DNA of 59,967 bases, counting the filler, from Bipalium vagum (Eukaryota): NCBI GenBank assembly GCA_037834085.1. It is 3 parts of 3 records of this genome, joined end to end, with 100 filler letters (N's around TTAATTAATTAA, not from the genome) between each part and the next. Parts side by side here need not be neighbours in the genome. Positions count along the whole stretch, not along the records: positions 38,994 to 59,967 come from JBBMKC010243490.1; 2 more parts are not named here. One strand, given 5' to 3'. Made by a program: the position numbers and the translations under genes. Under the pieces are notes generated by a model, which searched no databases, was not told the DNA's origin, and saw only the letters and a list, made by a program, of their open reading frames with translations. Positions 53,640 to 59,967 of the stretch are shown in pieces. Each line of letters starts with the position of its first letter. Position 1 is the first letter of the stretch.

Positions 53640-53928
53640 GAAAAATTTTCTAAAATTAGTATACCAACCAAAAACTGTTAATATATTAATATACACCACA
53701 CCGTTATCCCGAATATGGAGTTTCTAAAAGGAATTGTTATTTTAGGGTTATAGTAGGCCCAATAGCAGCAATTGTGGCGGTTAACAACTCCATTGAGCAT
53801 GAATTTACTCTCGTCTGACCATATTATCTTGTTAACCAAGGAAGAGTAAATTTGGAATTGTACCAACATTGTCTGACAAAATTGTAATTTAAAAATTAAG
53901 TATGTTAACATACAGAATAAACACCCTG
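53640..53928 (-). mobile_element. rosa-like Tc1 relic, same TIR family as 42471-43231
   Basis: TIR ATGTTAACATACAGAATAAACACCCTG-TA; IIWSDESKFMLNGVVNRHNCCYW...GITVWC. Confidence 0.85.
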
Positions 53929-54059
53929 TATAACTTTTTAATTTTTAATTTCCTTTCTCATTTCTATAAGGTTGTAAAAATAATCCATCTCCTTGTTTTA
54001 AAATTTTCATTTTATGTTTACAACATTTTTTAAATAGTTCTTTTAAATCCTTTCTTTCT

Positions 54060-54300
54060 GGTTTATCTTTATTTTATATTCAGTACTTTTGATTTAATAT
54101 TGAATGGTGTATGTGGTTATAACTTTCCTCTTTTTTCCGTGGGAGTGGACATGAAAAGGATGAATTCTCTAATCTTGGGTAAGGTTGTGATCCTCCTTTA
54201 CTCCATTGCAGAATATTTATTAACTTTTCTTCTTCTTTTCGAAATGCGAAACATAAGCCGTTTCATTTTTGCTATCCACACAATATTTCATACATTGTTT
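54060..54300 (-). mobile_element. Possible Gypsy RNase H relic
   Basis: AYVS..KYSAME* and GKKRKVIT, resembling AYAS..NYS..EKE and GRKF.V.TDH. Confidence 0.35.
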
Positions 54301-54399
54301 ACTGCTTCTTCATATCTCTTTCTTTTAGTTCATATGGTTAACATCTTACTTTTTTAAAAAATTTTCCCCATGGGTAAGAAAAGCACAGAAAGTTTTGTT

Positions 54400-54815
54400 C
54401 TCACCATTGAAGAATTGAGCGAGCCATTAGCACTTGTAGCCTCTAAAAATTCCGCTGATCTGGACAAAGTTTGTCATGAACAATTAAATCAGCTATCTTA
54501 AAATATGTAAATCATTCCCTACGTGATTTATTACTCGGAGCAATTTCAGCATAAACTTTCATGAGCATTCAACGAACTCGAACTGCTGTCTTTTTGAAGA
54601 GGAAGTAAAAAATGAGCCATTTTTGGAAATGTTTTGTGGTTCAAATTTTTGCATTTTTAATTTAGTCAAATAAGATATTACTTTTACAGTTCCAAACGTT
54701 TATTAGCAAAAAATTATTAAATATTTCCAAACTAAAACCTAAATGTGAAATTATTATGTTAAAAAAATTCAATAAATAACTGGCATAAAAAGGGACCAAA
54801 ATAATTCACACACCT
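54400..54815 (-). mobile_element. Mos1-like mariner 5' relic
   Basis: LIFYFLFKKTA...MLMKVYAEIAPS...F..FK.ADL.V.DK..P. Confidence 0.65.
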
Positions 54816-56149
54816 ATTCACTCACCTGGCTAGAAATGGTTTTTAACCATTTCTTCTCTGGAGTGCCTCTTTAAAAATCAACATATTTTTTGTTTAAATA
54901 TTATTTATTTTTATAAAAGATTTTTTCCAGTAAAACAAAATGAACACAGATCAAATGTAAAATTGTTAGTATAAATAATCAAATTTTTTCTTGTTTTGGA
55001 AAAAGAGCTCATTTTGATCGGAGTTTCCAGGATTTCAATGAATAAGGGGTTTTCCGAAAAAATATAAGAGTTTAATTGAAAAACATTACAAATTAAGTGA
55101 ACTGTAATATTTATAACGATAATTATAAACATGAAAAGCTTTTTTGGAATTATATAGAGCTTGTCAATAAAACGATGATAACTAAATTCTAAAAGTGAGA
55201 AAATTGTGAAATTTGTATATAAAAATATTCTGATTATCTCATTATGAATGTGAATAAATAACATATGTAACTATCCATCAATGATTATTAAAATCACAAT
55301 TATCTTGCATGCTTATTTTGAAGACTTACATTTAATGCATGGAAAAATACTTAAAGGAAGAGCCTTTAAAAATTTCTTTTCGTCTAATACTTTTTCAATT
55401 CTAAATTACTTTTTTAAAACTCTTCAAAATTTATAACATTGAAAAAGTAAAATTTTAAAGAAATCAACTTTTGGAATTTTTAAAAGTTACATACCATGTA
55501 TAAAAATTATTTGAATAATCAATTTTGTCTTTGAAAAGAAGAAATAATTTTTTATATATTTGATACTTAGATAAATAGGCATTGGTAAATTAATCAATAA
55601 AGATTCACTTCGAGACAAAATCATTAGAGTTTCATACTTGGATGAAAATTATAAACGAAAGAAGAATTTAAAATATTTTTTATCAGAAAAATAATTTCTG
55701 TTATTAAAAATATTTATATAATAGAATCTTGAAAATAGTAAAAATGTTTTAAAGAATTGTTTAATAAAGTTATAATTAACTTCTATTGGTTTATGATCAA
55801 GACAAGACATTTGTAAAATAATTTATTATACAAATAATTTATTATTTATTAAAATAATTTATTTTATATTATTATATAATTTATTTATTATTTTATTATA
55901 TATTTATTATTTATTATTTTTATTATTTTTTTACTTTCAAACCAATTTCATCAAACAATGGGATTTTAATATATCACTCATTGTTATAAATTATTATTTA
56001 TTAAATTTAAAAAAAAATAAAATTTTATAACACAATTAAAACAAACAATTTTAAAATACATAATAATTAATATTTGATAAATATAGTATAAATTTTTATA
56101 TTTTTAAAAAATTCTAATATTAATAAAAAACTATATTTTTTTCATACCT

Positions 56150-56440
56150 GTCTAAGCTACATATTCCAGATATACATGTAAATGGTAGTTTTCACACAAT
56201 TAAAACCAATATATTTGGATGCCGATGATCTCTGTTGATTTCTGTTGATCTTTGCTGATTGTCTTATAAGACCCAGTTCTCACCACAGACTACAATTCCA
56301 AACAAAATGGAATATTTTGATTCAAAATATTCAAAGAACAACTTTCGAATCTCATACTTTCTTGCTTATCATCTAATTATTGGTATCCAATTATCAAGCT
56401 TTTTAACTTTACCATGTTCTTGAGTGGTTGACTTGGTGAC
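56150..56440 (-). mobile_element. Mariner transposase internal relic
   Basis: GKVKKLDNWIP and RFESCS...IVVCGENWVL*DNQQRS. Confidence 0.65.
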
Positions 56441-56913
56441 ATTTAATTCTTTATATTTATTTACTTTTTAAAATTAATATTCTTTTAAAATAGTTATTTA
56501 TTTTATTTATATATTACACAAAATTTTATTTTTATTATTTTTACTTTAATTTACGTAAATGTTTACATTTATAAATAAAGGTTATTAGTATTGTACTTAT
56601 TCTATTATTGTAATTTTCATGTATCATGATATGTATTAGTATATTAGTATATGCATTTCATAAGTATATGTATTATTATAATATGATGTGACTCATAAAA
56701 ACAGTCACGTTTCAAACAAATTTAAAAATTTCATTTAATACATTTAATTTTTATTATTAATAATAAGAACCTAAAGTTTTTAATATTGTTCATGTTATCA
56801 TTTTAATTTTTGGCTACTAAAAGATATCAAGAAAAGGAACCGTTGATATTTTATTTGATAAAAAATTAAAAAGAAAATTTGAAATAACTCAGATAATCCA
56901 TTCCATTTAAGTC

Positions 56914-58419
56914 TTAAAATTCCTTCTTGTTGACAATAAATCTGATGTATGAAAAAAATATTATGGATCCATGGAATCTTTGAAATATCCCAAATGTGGA
57001 ACCAGTGCGATAGACTAAAGTTATGAATAACAATATTGAGAAGTCAAAATTATCAGCACTCAAAAATTGTTCATACAACAAGCTCATATCACCTATGACG
57101 AAAATCAGATTCATAATAGCCAGGAATAAGACTGCCATTACTGAACTAGAAAAAGTTTCCTTTGTTGGTCTTTTCCATTGTTTTTCTAAAAGAATCGATT
57201 CAGCCATACTTTGGAATATGTTTTGAAATATTTGAAGAATAGATTTAATTAAGTTAAACCAGATATAAAGGTAATCTTTGTTACCTCTCAAGGGATTTGG
57301 TCGAAGTAGTAAATAAAGGCTTATAGCAATTTTTGCGAAACATTGTAGCATTTGACCACTTAATCCTATCCATATTAAAATACCATTGAACAATAACCTC
57401 TTCTTAAGCTCATATTTCCAGTCTTTCATTAGCTTTATTATCAAAACAGTAAATGAAATCATACAAATGTAGATGACAATTTCCAGGATGCAAAATATTG
57501 CCATATATAGTTTCTCCGTCGTTTGAGATAAAGTAAGAATTGATATTAACAATATTATTCCAACTGACAAACTGAAGACTACAGACTCAATGGATATCGA
57601 CTGCGAGGAATCTTCAACATAATCAGAGTTTACGCGAAGAATTTCTTTTTTCTGTTTGTGCAAATTACTACAGTGCATGAAAAAAGGCTTCACAAAGAAA
57701 ATCAAGCAACAAATCCCAGAAATAATTATAGATTTCATTTGGAAGACATCAATGGCACTCCACAATTTGTAAATAATATAAGAAAAATCTGATGGGTTTT
57801 GAGGACATGTTGTATGAATATTGGTATTATTCATAGCCTTGATGAAGTACTTCACCTGTTCCATATATCCGTAGAAAAAAAGAAAAAATATTTGAGAAAC
57901 TATGGCTATCATTATGGTTAACATATTAATGGCATTCAAAATCCACACTTCACCAAAATTGTAAAGACCATTGGTTTGAATGAGCAAAATCATTATCCCA
58001 AAGAAATATATCACGGATGTTAAATTGAAAAAAACATTCCCAATTCCATAGCAACTTTCAAGGAAAATATTCTTTATAAGAGAAATTATTATTCCTATTA
58101 AGTTGAGAATGATATTTGGAAGGCACATTAAATATAACACTTCCGGATTTTCTATCCTATTCTTTAACAAATGGTTTCGAAATCTGTAATTGTAAGAGCT
58201 TGAAAAAGCCATGAATACAATGACTAAAAGCTGCATTATCGATCCGGTAATGGCTAAAGGGTTCCACAATTCAAATAAGAAAACAGTATCGGAGAGTAAT
58301 TGAGAATTCCATCCGTAAATAATTAAAATTCCCAAAGAGAAGTAAAAAACTGAAAAAATATAAGACAATTTTTCAATCAGTATATTTCTGAAATCTATTG
58401 TATTGATGTTATACATCAT
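56914..58419 (-). CDS. otop: Intronless, divergent otopetrin-family 12-TM channel protein (501 aa)
   Basis: About 12 hydrophobic segments in two halves. TM10 WFNLIKSILQIFQNIFQ, TM11 LFLAIMNL and TM12 FGIFQRFHGS correspond to the OTOP motifs WYNL..S.L.I....Q, FL..CN and F.IFYR(F/M)H. An in-frame TAA directly precedes the ATG. Confidence 0.8.
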   Translation of the reverse strand: MMYNINTIDFRNILIEKLSYIFSVFYFSLGILIIYGWNSQLLSDTVFLFELWNPLAITGSIMQLLVIVFMAFSSSYNYRFRNHLLKNRIENPEVLYLMCLPNIILNLIGIIISLIKNIFLESCYGIGNVFFNLTSVIYFFGIMILLIQTNGLYNFGEVWILNAINMLTIMIAIVSQIFFLFFYGYMEQVKYFIKAMNNTNIHTTCPQNPSDFSYIIYKLWSAIDVFQMKSIIISGICCLIFFVKPFFMHCSNLHKQKKEILRVNSDYVEDSSQSISIESVVFSLSVGIILLISILTLSQTTEKLYMAIFCILEIVIYICMISFTVLIIKLMKDWKYELKKRLLFNGILIWIGLSGQMLQCFAKIAISLYLLLRPNPLRGNKDYLYIWFNLIKSILQIFQNIFQSMAESILLEKQWKRPTKETFSSSVMAVLFLAIMNLIFVIGDMSLLYEQFLSADNFDFSILLFITLVYRTGSTFGIFQRFHGSIIFFSYIRFIVNKKEF

Positions 58420-59329
58420 TTATTATATTGATGTCAAAGTTCAAGGTCGTAACTAATTTCGCTCCATCGGATAATAGTTACAAATCGAATGTGTTTTATT
58501 AAAGCTTACTAATATTAAGATTTTTGTTAAATTCATTTAACTTATTTTAATTAAAAATCTTAAAAGTGAAGGTTTTTTTCAAATTTATTTTATTAATTTA
58601 TAATTTTTGTATTTGAAAATTGCTTTAAAAAAAATCAAAAAATTAAAAATAATAAAAAATTTTTAAATGAAATGAATTTTATTTTATTAGGAATATCTGT
58701 GAAACAACTTAATTTAAATTTTCATTTTTAATTTAATTTTTTTTGTTATTAATCTTTTAGCTCAGACAAATAACCTCATTAAAAACATGTTCATTTGTCA
58801 TTACAGTCAAGGATATTCATCGATAAACAAATTTTACTAATAATATTTTGAAAAATATGGGAAAAATAAAAGAAGTTTTAAAAATGAAGAAATTATAAAC
58901 GATAAAAAAAAGAGTATGAATAGAAAAAAGATAATGAAAATTATTTTACTTATGATTTTAATAAAATATTATTTTTATAATTTTTTTTATCAAATTCTAA
59001 TCTATTTTATTGGATATTATTTAATAAAGGTTTTGAAAATAATGATTGTTTTAAATGATTACATATATATTATAATTGATAAAATTATTCAAATCAAATG
59101 AAGAAACTTTTTTATTTAGTATTTTTTCCAATTAAAATATTTTAGATGATTCAAGGTAGGTCTGAAATTCGAGATTTATTATATGACGAATCAATATCTA
59201 TCCAATTTTTAATAAAAACCGAAATTATTGACCTCAAGAGATAACTGTCATTTTTGTAATAAATCTATTAATATTCAAATAAATCAGCATGCGTGGGGAT
59301 ATTTGAATCTCAAATGCAGTAAAGTTCAA

Positions 59330-59967
59330 TTTCAATAAGAAACAATTCATTTTCAAAAATATCCTCCTTTTTGTTTAATACTGGCTTGAAGGCGTCTAAA
59401 GAACTGGTCTATCGCTGCACGCAGTGTTACTTCGCTTATTTAATCTCAGGTTTTAGTTATATCACGTTTTAATGACATGACAGAATTATGGGACCGAGAA
59501 CATGTTTTCTCCTGAAGAATTCACAATATCGCATAGTCCAAAGGATTAAGATCTGGTGGGTACGGACGCCATTCCGACCCAAACTATGACCCCTACTGGT
59601 TTCTGAGTCCGAGAAACAATTCTTCCAATTTTGTTAGCAACAGAAGAACAAGTTGAGAATACTTTATCAAAAATTTTATCAAGAAAACAAGAAAGAACGC
59701 ACACAAAGTTGAGAAGTAAAAATTCATCATCAAAAGACAACCAGTATCAAAAATCAAAATTTATACTATTTGTGCTGCGAAATCATATATTTAACATCCA
59801 TCAATACGAAAGCCTTTGAAAGCATCAAAATATTCTAATTATTGAAAACAGATTAAAAGGTGAATTTACATTCTCTTTTAAGCATAATTAATTAACCTTT
59901 TCGCTGCGCAATTCGTTTTGAGATTTTGTGCCTGCTGTGCGCATTTATTTTAGTAGCCTTAAATACG
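59330..59967 (-). mobile_element. maT (DD37D)-like transposon relic with internal deletion
   Basis: RTQKPVGVIVWVGM fused to PDLNPLDYAI..ILQEK...SLKR...LRAAIDQF..RL.A.I..KGGYFE. Confidence 0.75.

Noticed and set aside
58120-58126. miR-124 seed match (GTGCCTT) in the otopetrin mRNA
   Set aside because: A single 7-mer in coding sequence, compatible with chance.
1-59967. Hammerhead ribozymes, tRNA/rRNA/snRNA genes, U12 introns, CRISPR arrays
   Set aside because: By eye I found no CTGANGA...GAAA core with stems, no cloverleaf or rRNA match, no GTATCC donor among the called introns and no repeat-spacer array; an Infernal scan would be needed to exclude them.

Overview
Very AT-rich eukaryotic (metazoan) DNA, most likely a freshwater planarian; this is inferred from the (AAT)n microsatellites, ~45-bp minimal introns, dense Tc1/mariner relics and a miR-124c-type hairpin. 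The window is three separate contigs (1-21179, 21280-38893, 38994-59967) joined by artificial 100-bp linkers (N44-TTAATTAATTAA-N44). Contig 1 carries a complete 11-coding-exon ZFHX/zfh2-family zinc-finger homeobox gene (about 1554 aa) that keeps only homeodomains 1 and 4, plus the last exon of a Rab5 gene. Contig 2 carries the middle of a Piccolo-like active-zone gene: large Tyr/Asn/Gln-rich exons, coiled coils and a Piccolo-type PDZ domain. Contig 3 carries a miR-124 precursor in a transposon-free non-coding island and an intronless, highly divergent otopetrin whose N-half channel residues appear to be lost. The rest is mostly decayed mariner/Tc1/rosa/maT, Gypsy and LINE fragments. No wholly new system can be proven from the sequence alone. 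The strongest candidates for follow-up are the degenerate otopetrin, the two-homeodomain ZFHX, the prion-like Piccolo and the miR-124 locus.
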